From: a virus
DNA: 42,701 nucleotides
Reading direction: 5' to 3' (one strand)
IMG/VR virus record: IMGVR_UViG_3300045988_068113
Below are positions 26,122 through 33,380 of the stretch, piece by piece. The stretch's first letter is position 1. Each line of letters opens with the position of its first letter. A program made the position numbers and the translations under genes. Below the pieces are notes generated by a model. The model saw only the letters and a program-made list of their open reading frames with translations, searched no databases and was not told the origin of the DNA.

Positions 26122-27537
26122 TTACTCTTCCTTTTCCGTGTATTCCTCAATCATCATCTCCGTCTGTCCCCTCTGCACCTGCTCGATGAATCCCTGGAAT
26201 CCGTACTTCTTCGCGATTGCGACAATGCTCTCCAGCCTCTTCTCTCCGAGCGATTCACCGCGTGCGATTCTGAATACCTTTACTTTCGGGTTGCTTGCTA
26301 TCACGAGGCGCGTTGCAGTCTCCATTATCTGCGAATCCGAAACCTTACCCGGAACGAACGGCACCCCGTTGAGTTCAAGCCCGTCCTCCGTGAATGTCAG
26401 TCCCTCGATAGGCAGTTCCGAACTTACAATAAGTTTCGCCCTCTCATCCGCACTCTTGATTATTGCAGCCTCGATTGCCTCCTGCTTCTTCTGTACCTCA
26501 GCAAGGCTCTCCTTTTTAGAAAGGAAGTCACGGACAACTGCGTTCTTCCGGTTATGCTCTGTAACGTTCGCCAACTTTTCAACGAGTGCCAAGTTATTCA
26601 CGCTCACAGCCTCATAGTCTTTCAGCCACTTCTCCGCGTTCTCTTTCCTCGCCTCGAAGTCCTTGCGCTCCTCCTCAATATGGGCAATCTCTTTCGCGTG
26701 TGCCTGCTCCCACGCCTCACGTTCTGCCTTTGCATCCGCAACCGCCTTGTCATAGGCAGCCTTTGCCGCCGCCACAGATTCCTCGATTTGCGCCTTTTTC
26801 TGCGTGAATGTGTCGTCCGCTTCTCTCATCCTTGCCGGAATCTCTTTCAACTGCGCCGTCCTCTGCTCCAACGCCGCACGCACCGTCTTTGCCTTTTCTT
26901 CAAGACGAACCGCCGCTGCCTGCTGCGCCATAAGTTCAGTAACATCCACAGCCTCCGAATACTTCTCCACGTCCCCCGGCTCCAACAGCTCGGATGCGTT
27001 CTTCACGACCGCCTCCATTGTCTTGCAGTCCCTGTTCAGTCCGAGACGTTCCGTTTTCATCCTCGCAACATCCGCGTCAAGTTGCTCAATCCTTTCACGC
27101 ACCTCTTCCGGCAAAAGGTTCTTCACGACCGCGATTTGCTTCCTCCGTCCCTCTGCCGTCTCCGACCACCGCGAAAATTCCACAGCGTCAAAGTCTTGAT
27201 ACCCGAAGATTTTTTGCAACATCGTCACATTATTTGTCTGCATTCCCGTTGTCTTCTGCTTGATTGTAAGCGTTCCGCGTGGATTATTCGCCGTGAACGA
27301 CAGGGAAACATCGAACTCCTCTCCGTCATCCCCGACAACCATTTTCGCGAATCCCTTTGTCTCGCCTTGCTTCAATACTTCATCGCGCTCCCCCGTAAGT
27401 AGTGCCCCAATCGCTTTCAACAGAGTGGACTTGCCCAGCTCGTTGTCACCTGTGATAAAATAGATGTTTCCGTCAAACTCCGCGCGGAAATCCTTAATGA
27501 TTTGGAAGTTTAATAACTCCAGTTTCTTGATATACAT
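26122..27537 (-). CDS. SMC/Rad50/SbcC-like AAA ATPase (471 aa)
   Basis: N-terminal LELLNFQIIKDF...FITGDNELGKSTLLKAI (Walker A), a central coiled coil of about 250 aa, and a C-terminal globular end. Confidence 0.75.
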   Translation of the reverse strand: MYIKKLELLNFQIIKDFRAEFDGNIYFITGDNELGKSTLLKAIGALLTGERDEVLKQGETKGFAKMVVGDDGEEFDVSLSFTANNPRGTLTIKQKTTGMQTNNVTMLQKIFGYQDFDAVEFSRWSETAEGRRKQIAVVKNLLPEEVRERIEQLDADVARMKTERLGLNRDCKTMEAVVKNASELLEPGDVEKYSEAVDVTELMAQQAAAVRLEEKAKTVRAALEQRTAQLKEIPARMREADDTFTQKKAQIEESVAAAKAAYDKAVADAKAEREAWEQAHAKEIAHIEEERKDFEARKENAEKWLKDYEAVSVNNLALVEKLANVTEHNRKNAVVRDFLSKKESLAEVQKKQEAIEAAIIKSADERAKLIVSSELPIEGLTFTEDGLELNGVPFVPGKVSDSQIMETATRLVIASNPKVKVFRIARGESLGEKRLESIVAIAKKYGFQGFIEQVQRGQTEMMIEEYTEKEE

Positions 27538-27562
27538 ATCGTATCGCTTTAGTTAATACTTA

Positions 27563-27576
27563 CCGGAATATTCCGG
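27563..27576. promoter_or_regulatory. Perfect 14-bp palindrome CCGGAATATTCCGG, 26 nt upstream of the ATPase start codon
   Basis: Read directly. Could be an operator or a small hairpin. Confidence 0.4.
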
Positions 27577-27581
27577 ATTTG

Positions 27582-27696
27582 TGGGAATGGTCTGAATCGA
27601 ACAGACAAGTAATGACCGAGGCTTTCACACGAGGACTAAACGCGCATCCTTTGTCCGTGCTTATTTGTTTCCATTACTCATTACCTAATCATTCCC
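27582..27696 (-). ncRNA. Candidate tRNA-like structured RNA (about 115 nt); not a canonical tRNA
   Basis: Minus strand has a 7-bp terminal helix GGGAATG/CATTCCC adjoining GTCTG-TTCGATT-CAGAC (T-arm/B-box-like). There is a second 7-bp helix GTAATGA/TCATTAC and an imperfect central hairpin. It lies in a 227-bp non-coding gap. Confidence 0.25.
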
Positions 27697-27764
27697 GTTT
27701 CCCCGTCTTTCCGGGGTGTCATTGTCTGTATCTTACAAAATATATGAGGACTTCACAGCCATCA

Positions 27765-28625
27765 TTATTCACATTCTTCCAGTTGCCCATTCATCAGCAT
27801 ATACCAAGTATCTGCCTTTACCTTTTCTCCGTCCACCCTAAACGCCTGAATATCCTTTATCGGATAACCCACGCCATCCCATTCCCCGCGTTCGGCAAGG
27901 ACAATCCACGTTCCCAGTGCTCCACGCGCTTTGCTGTTCTTGCCCACGCTCATAGCAATAGAGTGCTTTCCTAATGTTTCTGCCGCGCCATAATTGCCCG
28001 TGTTGGATGCCGCGCCATAATTGCCCGTGTTGGATGCCGCGCCCTTGTAGCCCGTGTTGGATGCCGCGCCATAATTGCCCGTGTTGGATGCCGCGCCCTT
28101 GTCGCCCGTGTTGGATGCCGCGCCCTTGTCGCCCGTGTTGGATGCCGCGCCCTTGTAGCCCGTGTTGGATGCCGCGCCATAATTGCCCGTGTTGGATGCC
28201 GCGCCCTTGTAGCCCGTGTTGGATGCCGCGCCATTGTCGCCCGTGTTGGATGCCGCGCCCTTGTCGCCCGTGTTGGATGCCGCGCCCTTGTAGCCCGTGT
28301 TCGGCAACATCTTCTCAATCCTCGCGAACCGGAAATCAATGCAGGCCTTGACAAGTTTGTCAATCCCCAGCCGTGCACCGATAGTGATTTTCTTTGCCAC
28401 AACCCTTGAATCATCCACTCTCTCTTCACTCACTCCGTCAAGTTCAACCTCGTGATATTCCGAGGTTGCTACATCATAATAATCCAATGTTTCGAGCGGG
28501 TCTTCACAGGCGTGGAATCCCTCGTTGCAAAGTTTAACCTCTCCGTCGTGTTCATAAGTCTTGCCCTCCTCATACTGGAAACCTCGGCAAGTCAAGTCTT
28601 TGTTAAATCCCTTGTACGCTTTCAT
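27765..28625 (-). CDS. Tandem nonapeptide-repeat protein (286 aa from the ATG at 28625)
   Basis: N-terminal domain MKAYKGFNKDLTCRGFQYEEGKTYE...CNEGFHACEDPLETLDYY, then 12 x NTG-xx-GAAS, then a C-terminal domain ending ...VDGEKVKADTWYMLMNGQLEE. The -7 box lies inside the track's N-terminal extension, so I use the start at 28625. Confidence 0.7.
   Translation of the reverse strand: MKAYKGFNKDLTCRGFQYEEGKTYEHDGEVKLCNEGFHACEDPLETLDYYDVATSEYHEVELDGVSEERVDDSRVVAKKITIGARLGIDKLVKACIDFRFARIEKMLPNTGYKGAASNTGDKGAASNTGDNGAASNTGYKGAASNTGNYGAASNTGYKGAASNTGDKGAASNTGDKGAASNTGNYGAASNTGYKGAASNTGNYGAASNTGNYGAAETLGKHSIAMSVGKNSKARGALGTWIVLAERGEWDGVGYPIKDIQAFRVDGEKVKADTWYMLMNGQLEECE
27978..28301 (-). repeat. 12 tandem copies of a 27-bp unit (coding)
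   Basis: Plus-strand unit is ggatgccgcgcc[cttgta|cttgtc|attgtc|ataatt]gcccgtgtt. Only the central hexamer varies, giving YK, DK, DN or NY. Confidence 0.97.
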
Positions 28626-28653
28626 AGAATTTAATGTTTTGCTTTCAATGCCA

Positions 28654-28685
28654 CAAATATAGAGCATTAAAATGATTTTACCAAA
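28654..28685 (-). promoter_or_regulatory. Bacteroides-type promoter TTTG-N20-TATATTTG for the repeat-protein gene
   Basis: Minus strand reads TTTTGgtaaaatcattttaatgctcTATATTTG, about 29 nt upstream of the ATG at 28625. Confidence 0.6.
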
Positions 28686-28709
28686 ACTTTTCTACTTTAT
28701 TTTTTCAAA

Positions 28710-28786
28710 AACGTAATCGGGAATGTGCAAATCCGGTTTAGGCGAAACCCACCTATCGCAAAGTGCCCCTCCCACCCGATTACGTT
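28710..28786 (-). promoter_or_regulatory. Large structured element: 12-bp perfect inverted repeat enclosing 53 nt, followed by a T-tract
   Basis: aacgtaatcggg (28710..28721) pairs with cccgattacgtt (28775..28786). Inner hairpin is ggttt-aggcg-aaacc. The minus strand continues TTTTTG. Probably a terminator or processing site. Confidence 0.45.
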
Positions 28787-28790
28787 AAAA

Positions 28791-28949
28791 TCACTTAAAT
28801 TCCTCCCTATATCTGAACTTCACACAGACCTCCCACATATTCATCGTTGTACCATAGGCGGCGTGTGGGCATTCAACCTCAGTCCCTGCAACATACTTCC
28901 CATATTTGCAGGTATAGCAACATTTTGCTATTCTATAAAACGGTTTCAT
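28791..28949 (-). CDS. Small Cys-rich protein (52 aa, MKPFYRIAKCCYTCKYGKYVAGTEVECPHAAYGTTMNMWEVCVKFRYREEFK)
   Basis: Hand-translated. ATGA overlap with the upstream stop supports translational coupling. Confidence 0.45.
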   Translation of the reverse strand: MKPFYRIAKCCYTCKYGKYVAGTEVECPHAAYGTTMNMWEVCVKFRYREEFK

Positions 28950-29173
28950 TTCTTTAATTCTTCAATAAGCGCCTCAGCGAACTCCACCGCCTCCTTTGCC
29001 TGAGTTTGTAGTGTTCCCTGCCGCATCATTCTGTCGGAATTTGAAAACCACGCTGCAAGCATATCCTTTGCAATCTCATACCTGCGCTGCTCCCAGTCAA
29101 TTCCCTTGCTTGTGTTTTCCTTGAAGTACCTTGTCCCACTTTCAAAGAAACTTTGTTCAATCTGTGTCATCAT
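28946..29173 (-). CDS. Hypothetical protein (75 aa)
   Basis: The ATG at 29173 forms an ATGA overlap with the upstream stop. Confidence 0.55.
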   Translation of the reverse strand: MMTQIEQSFFESGTRYFKENTSKGIDWEQRRYEIAKDMLAAWFSNSDRMMRQGTLQTQAKEAVEFAEALIEELKK

Positions 29174-29652
29174 ACCTCCCACCATTTATAAAAGTTACCA
29201 CAATCGCAATTCGTACCCAACAATTTTGCCGTATCATCGTTATATGGAATGCAACAATCCCAATCACAACCAGCCGTACAAGTGCAATTTATCCCATCCC
29301 AATAGCCAAAGAAATCCACCTGCCAACGCTCATCTTCACTTTTTCTGACGAGTACCCTATCAAACGGGGCAAGCGTGTTTATATCGAACTTCTCAACAGG
29401 CACAACAAACTTACTCCAATCTCGTTGCTCCCTTGACGGAAATATAATGCACTCAACCCCCTCGGATTGATAGAATATACCACTCGGCGCGAAACGGAGT
29501 TGCAAATCCGTATTTATAACGGCCTGTACGGAAAAATACGCATCATCCTCACTCACACCATTGAAGATAACATCACCAAACAACGGACAATAAAGCCGCG
29601 TCCCTTTCCTGCAATCTTTCAGAATCTCACAAAGGTTTATATTCTCGTTCAT
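29170..29652 (-). CDS. Hypothetical protein (160 aa) with a Cys-rich C-terminus
   Basis: ORF. C-terminal segment INCTCTAGCDWDCCIPY...NCDCGNFY. Confidence 0.6.
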   Translation of the reverse strand: MNENINLCEILKDCRKGTRLYCPLFGDVIFNGVSEDDAYFSVQAVINTDLQLRFAPSGIFYQSEGVECIIFPSREQRDWSKFVVPVEKFDINTLAPFDRVLVRKSEDERWQVDFFGYWDGINCTCTAGCDWDCCIPYNDDTAKLLGTNCDCGNFYKWWEV

Positions 29653-29660
29653 AGTCTTGA

Positions 29661-29927
29661 TTATTTGAGCGTAAACTTATTGACATACTCTTCCGGTGCA
29701 ACCCTTTCCGGATTCTTCTTGATTGCCTCCATAACATCTTTCTTTGTAATTTTTCGCCCCTTTGGGGCAACTTTTGTGCACTTTTCGGCAATTTCCCGCG
29801 GTCTGTCGCACCAAATGAACGTCCCCGTGCCGTCCCTCACATAATATCCGCACTGCACGCATTGAAGGCAACCCACCTCACAACCTTTCAAAGGGCAAAC
29901 AGCCCCTAACTTGAACATCTTATCCAT
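29661..29927 (-). CDS. Small Cys-rich (zinc-ribbon-like) protein (88 aa)
   Basis: ATG at 29927, next to the upstream stop. Contains CPLKGCEVGCLQCVQC...C. Confidence 0.5.
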   Translation of the reverse strand: MDKMFKLGAVCPLKGCEVGCLQCVQCGYYVRDGTGTFIWCDRPREIAEKCTKVAPKGRKITKKDVMEAIKKNPERVAPEEYVNKFTLK

Positions 29928-29928
29928 T

Positions 29929-30492
29929 TCAAAATATCTTCGTATGCTCCCGGATAGGAAGATTAGCACGCACCCAAGCCGCATCAACCGCAAGAATACG
30001 CCTCCCGAAGTGCATTATCAGCAAGGCATCCGAGTTCCACAGCGCAACCTTTACATTCGGGTACAGGGTTGCAGCCGTCTCCGCATACCTCCGCTTGCGC
30101 TCTGCCTTTTCCTCCCTCTCGCCCCTCGTCCTCAATCCGAGGCGTGTCTGCCAAATCATCGGGTGTACCATAACGTAAGGCGTGCCCGTGCTCTCGATTA
30201 GGGCTTTCAGATGCTCATAGTTCGCCATAAGTTTCTGTACCCTGTAAATCTTACCCATATTCGGCCTGCCGTCCGCTCCCAACGCCACATCATCAGCCCT
30301 CAGATTCAACTTTTCAAGAAACACTATCGGGGCGTAATTCTCGCGGTAATACTGCAACAAATACGCGATGTCCGTTATCTCTTTCGGCATCTTTACGACC
30401 TTTACCAGTTGTCCGGGGATAAATACCGCAATGCCCCCATTTGCTCCGGGGTCTATCCCGATAACGCAATTAACCTTTATCTTCTCTTCCAT
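29929..30492 (-). CDS. RuvC-like Holliday junction resolvase (187 aa)
   Basis: VIGIDPGANGGIAVF (catalytic Asp), VFLEK (Glu) and NSDALLIMHFG (Asp), a pattern seen in phage RuvC-type resolvases. Confidence 0.7.
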   Translation of the reverse strand: MEEKIKVNCVIGIDPGANGGIAVFIPGQLVKVVKMPKEITDIAYLLQYYRENYAPIVFLEKLNLRADDVALGADGRPNMGKIYRVQKLMANYEHLKALIESTGTPYVMVHPMIWQTRLGLRTRGEREEKAERKRRYAETAATLYPNVKVALWNSDALLIMHFGRRILAVDAAWVRANLPIREHTKIF

Positions 30493-31397
30493 TACTCGAA
30501 TGTTATGTAGTCAGTAACTTGTATCTCATCATCAGCAATCCGCGCGAAAGCCTCCGAAAGCACGCGCCGCCGCGCCAAACGATATGTTGAGCCGTAAAGC
30601 ATTGTCGATGATACCCCCTCTTTTTTCAGCCTTTCGGCATCGCCCATTTTCATTCTCGAAGTCAAGCGAAACATCATCATCCGGTACGCCTCACGCTGCT
30701 CCTGTGCAGTCACCTCAACCTCATCGGCAAGCCCAGCCCCTGCCAGCACCTCGTAAACGACGAGTTCGCGAATCGTGGAAAGTTTCGGCATCCGTCCGTG
30801 ATACTTGAACCAAAGCACCGCATCCACCGCGTTACGCTTTGACAGATTCCGGAAATATACCTTCTCTTTCACATCCCTCGCCCTTTCCGGCTTCGGCACC
30901 GCATCAAGCACGCGGGCAACCACAACACCCCTCAACTTGTTGTATGCGTTCATAACCTTGCAGAAATATTCAGCGTTGAACATTTGGTAATGCCCCTTAT
31001 CCGGATTCCCCTGCCTGTCTTTCGGGAAATGGTCATTGAGTTCTCCGGTCACGGTCAGCTCAAAAGCCATTTTTACATCCTTTATCGAATGGTTCGGATA
31101 GTATCTGCGAACTATCTGCGAAATTCTCACGACCTGCCCTTTCCATTCCGAGCTGTCCGTGTCCCTAATCCCCACATCCTTTGCAATCCATTTCAGCGCG
31201 TCAGCCAAGGCAGCCACGAGTTCCGCATCCGGATAATCCGAGAAAGGTCTGTCAGTCGTTGCGACAAACACCGCACGCTCCACGACATCGAACGCGTCGA
31301 GCACGCCCGGCATGTCAAGCACCGCACGCCTCACATCCACCGCCCGCGTTCCGGGTTGAGGTCTATATATCGCTATCGCCGCTTCTTTTGTTGTCAT
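30492..31397 (-). CDS. Hypothetical protein (301 aa), replication-module accessory by position
   Basis: Directly downstream of the initiator-like gene. No NTPase motif was seen. Confidence 0.55.
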   Translation of the reverse strand: MTTKEAAIAIYRPQPGTRAVDVRRAVLDMPGVLDAFDVVERAVFVATTDRPFSDYPDAELVAALADALKWIAKDVGIRDTDSSEWKGQVVRISQIVRRYYPNHSIKDVKMAFELTVTGELNDHFPKDRQGNPDKGHYQMFNAEYFCKVMNAYNKLRGVVVARVLDAVPKPERARDVKEKVYFRNLSKRNAVDAVLWFKYHGRMPKLSTIRELVVYEVLAGAGLADEVEVTAQEQREAYRMMMFRLTSRMKMGDAERLKKEGVSSTMLYGSTYRLARRRVLSEAFARIADDEIQVTDYITFE

Positions 31398-31402
31398 AGT
31401 CC

Positions 31403-32200
31403 TTACATTTCGAGGTATCTCTTGAAACTTTCCATATCAAAGCCGTCATCCGCCGATTCCTGCCGTTTCGTGTGCAGTTTCTTCTGCTCCATATCGCTAC
31501 GCATAAAGCCCCGAGCCGTCGCAATCCAGTCTTTCATTTTCTTGCCCCTCTTCGCGCTCCAATCCGATACGGCACCGTAATAATACGCAAGGTCTATCTG
31601 CTCATATTCCGCACCCTTGAAGCACGCCGCGAATGTCTCGAAGTCATTATAGCGGCTATCCTCAAACAAGCACAATGCCTCTGTCGTTCCGCGCTTCCTC
31701 TCGACCTTTTTTTCTTCCGGTTGAGGTTCGGGGAAAAGGCCGCCGCTTTCGGCGGCTATATCTTTATCCCTTGTGTTATGATTATTTATATTATTATTTA
31801 CCTTATTAAGGGGGGTATGGGGGGAAATTAGTCCGTTTTCGGACTCTTTTTCGTCCACTTTCGGACTATTAGTCCGATTTCGGACTTTTTTCTCCCGTCC
31901 CCATTTCGCACACTTTTCGGTAAAGGACAAATATTTGTCCTTGCCTATCTTTGTCAGTTCAATGAATCCGGCATCTTCCAAGTCTTTCAGATTCTTGTAG
32001 CACCTTTTCGGGATTCCGAAAAGCAACGGGAACTCCGCTGCCATATAGTTCTCGGAATAAAAATACCATACCTTGCCGTCAATGGTCACAGTCTTCGTCC
32101 ACACCATTAACGAAATGCAAGCGGATAATGATGCAACCTGCGTCAGTGTCATATCATTGACGATTGCAAATTCCTGGTCAATAGTAATTGTGTATTTCAT
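31403..32200 (-). CDS. Putative replication initiator / replisome organiser (265 aa)
   Basis: Two-domain protein with a low-complexity linker encoded by an iteron-like DNA array and an AT-rich tract, an arrangement like lambda O/ori. The call is inference from architecture. Confidence 0.45.
   Translation of the reverse strand: MKYTITIDQEFAIVNDMTLTQVASLSACISLMVWTKTVTIDGKVWYFYSENYMAAEFPLLFGIPKRCYKNLKDLEDAGFIELTKIGKDKYLSFTEKCAKWGREKKVRNRTNSPKVDEKESENGLISPHTPLNKVNNNINNHNTRDKDIAAESGGLFPEPQPEEKKVERKRGTTEALCLFEDSRYNDFETFAACFKGAEYEQIDLAYYYGAVSDWSAKRGKKMKDWIATARGFMRSDMEQKKLHTKRQESADDGFDMESFKRYLEM
31725..31890. promoter_or_regulatory. Candidate origin of replication: GC hairpin, AT-rich tract and AGTCCG/CGGACT iterons
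   Basis: gccgcc-gctttc-ggcggc (31729..31746). AT-rich 31760..31810. AGTCCG at 31830 and 31871. CGGACT at 31840, 31862 and 31881, forming two palindromic units TAGTCCG-N4-CGGACT plus one half-site. Confidence 0.45.
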
Positions 32201-32541
32201 TATTTCCCCTGTTTTTCCTTGTTATAAATTTCCATATCTGCGAGTTCTTTCTTAGCCGCCCATTCAGCCATTTGACATAATGTCTCGCCGAATCCCTTGA
32301 AATTTTCCCCACACTTCTTGAGCTGTTGTGATTCGCCAAGCGTTTCAGGAAAGGCTCTCCTGTGGGTATCTAACGTCACAATCTGCATATAATACCAATG
32401 GAAACGCCGATGCAGTTCCTGCGGCAACAGCAACAGATTAGAAATATCGTTGTTGTTTTTGTTGAGGTCAATATGATGGATGTCATAACTTGAACCGAAA
32501 TCCATCCCATAATGCTTTTTGTAAAGTTTACGTATATCCAT
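32200..32541 (-). CDS. HNH endonuclease (113 aa from the ATG at 32541)
   Basis: YDIHHIDLNKNNNDISNLLLLPQELHRRFH follows the HNH pattern HH..(N)..N..L....H...H. Confidence 0.7.
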   Translation of the reverse strand: MDIRKLYKKHYGMDFGSSYDIHHIDLNKNNNDISNLLLLPQELHRRFHWYYMQIVTLDTHRRAFPETLGESQQLKKCGENFKGFGETLCQMAEWAAKKELADMEIYNKEKQGK

Positions 32542-32642
32542 ACAAACGAAAAAACGCCTCACATTTCACCAATCATTAGCCCCTGATTGACTACTCTGCA
32601 AGGCATTAACAATCTTCTTTGGTTGGGGCTACAACCACACTG

Positions 32643-32673
32643 CAAATATAGGCATTATTCGGACAAGAGCAAA
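32643..32673 (-). promoter_or_regulatory. Bacteroides-type promoter TTTG-N19-TATATTTG
   Basis: Minus strand reads GTTTGctcttgtccgaataatgccTATATTTG. The -33 box lies in the last codons of the upstream gene. About 100 nt upstream of the HNH start. Confidence 0.6.
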
Positions 32674-33380
32674 CTTTTTGTTGTGGATTCCGGTTTCAGC
32701 ATCCGGCTAATCTCCTCGACCCTGTTGTCATTCGCCACCATTGAGACGACCGGATAACGAGATGATACGCCCGGCTTATTGCTCTTCGCGAACTGAACGG
32801 ACAAATCAAACACCGTGTTGCGAACCGTGCCGCGCAACGCCTGCACGCCGTCAAACGAGTTCCGGATATTATTGATTGAGGATGCCGCGCCCTTTGTCGT
32901 GAACTGCCAAACGCCCACCACACCGCGAACCGCCGGAACGATGAACCGCAACGTCAGCGTTATGTCCCATCCGTCATCAGTCTCGTTCCGCTTCTTCTTC
33001 GGATTCCGCTCGGCAACCTGCCTCATTATGTCCGGGTACTTCTCCACGGAATAGGGCGCGTATCTCTTGCCGTCCCACACCTCGAATACGGAGCCGTCCC
33101 CCCTCGCCACAAGTTCCCCTCTGTCGTTCCGGTACTCGAACCGCTCATTGCATACCCTTTCGGGCGTGTCGTCCGGAAAGATTATCGCAATCGTGCTCGG
33201 CTTCTCGCCCATTTCCCGCGTGAAAAGGGCGGCATACTTGCCGCTCGGTATGAAGTAATCAACGGACGTGGGATATTCCTTGCCGTACTGGTTCTTGACT
33301 TTCATTCCGATGTGCAGCCGCCCTATTTCCGGCAACTCCAGCTGTGCCGTCTGTTCCGGCCTTACTATCCTGCCCGTCAT
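32655..33380 (-). CDS. Hypothetical protein (241 aa); possible ssDNA-binding/annealing partner of the adjacent nuclease (context only)
   Basis: 4-nt overlap with the upstream PD-(D/E)XK nuclease gene. No motif was recognised. Confidence 0.5.
   Translation of the reverse strand: MTGRIVRPEQTAQLELPEIGRLHIGMKVKNQYGKEYPTSVDYFIPSGKYAALFTREMGEKPSTIAIIFPDDTPERVCNERFEYRNDRGELVARGDGSVFEVWDGKRYAPYSVEKYPDIMRQVAERNPKKKRNETDDGWDITLTLRFIVPAVRGVVGVWQFTTKGAASSINNIRNSFDGVQALRGTVRNTVFDLSVQFAKSNKPGVSSRYPVVSMVANDNRVEEISRMLKPESTTKSLLLSE

Noticed and set aside
27582-27696. Canonical tRNA gene.
   Set aside because: Acceptor-like and T-arm-like helices exist, but the element is about 114 nt. I could not fold a D-arm or a 5-bp/7-nt anticodon stem-loop. 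I kept it only as a low-confidence tRNA-like ncRNA candidate.
27978-28301. Possible CRISPR array.
   Set aside because: The units are contiguous 27-mers with no spacers, they are in frame within a coding sequence, and no cas genes are present.
27971-28429. Track ORFs 27971..28429 (-) and 27974..28351 (+), with repeating RATRARHPT and CWMPRP peptides.
   Set aside because: They are alternative frames of the 27-bp tandem repeat. The frame giving NTGxxGAAS is continuous with conserved-looking N- and C-terminal domains and a promoter.
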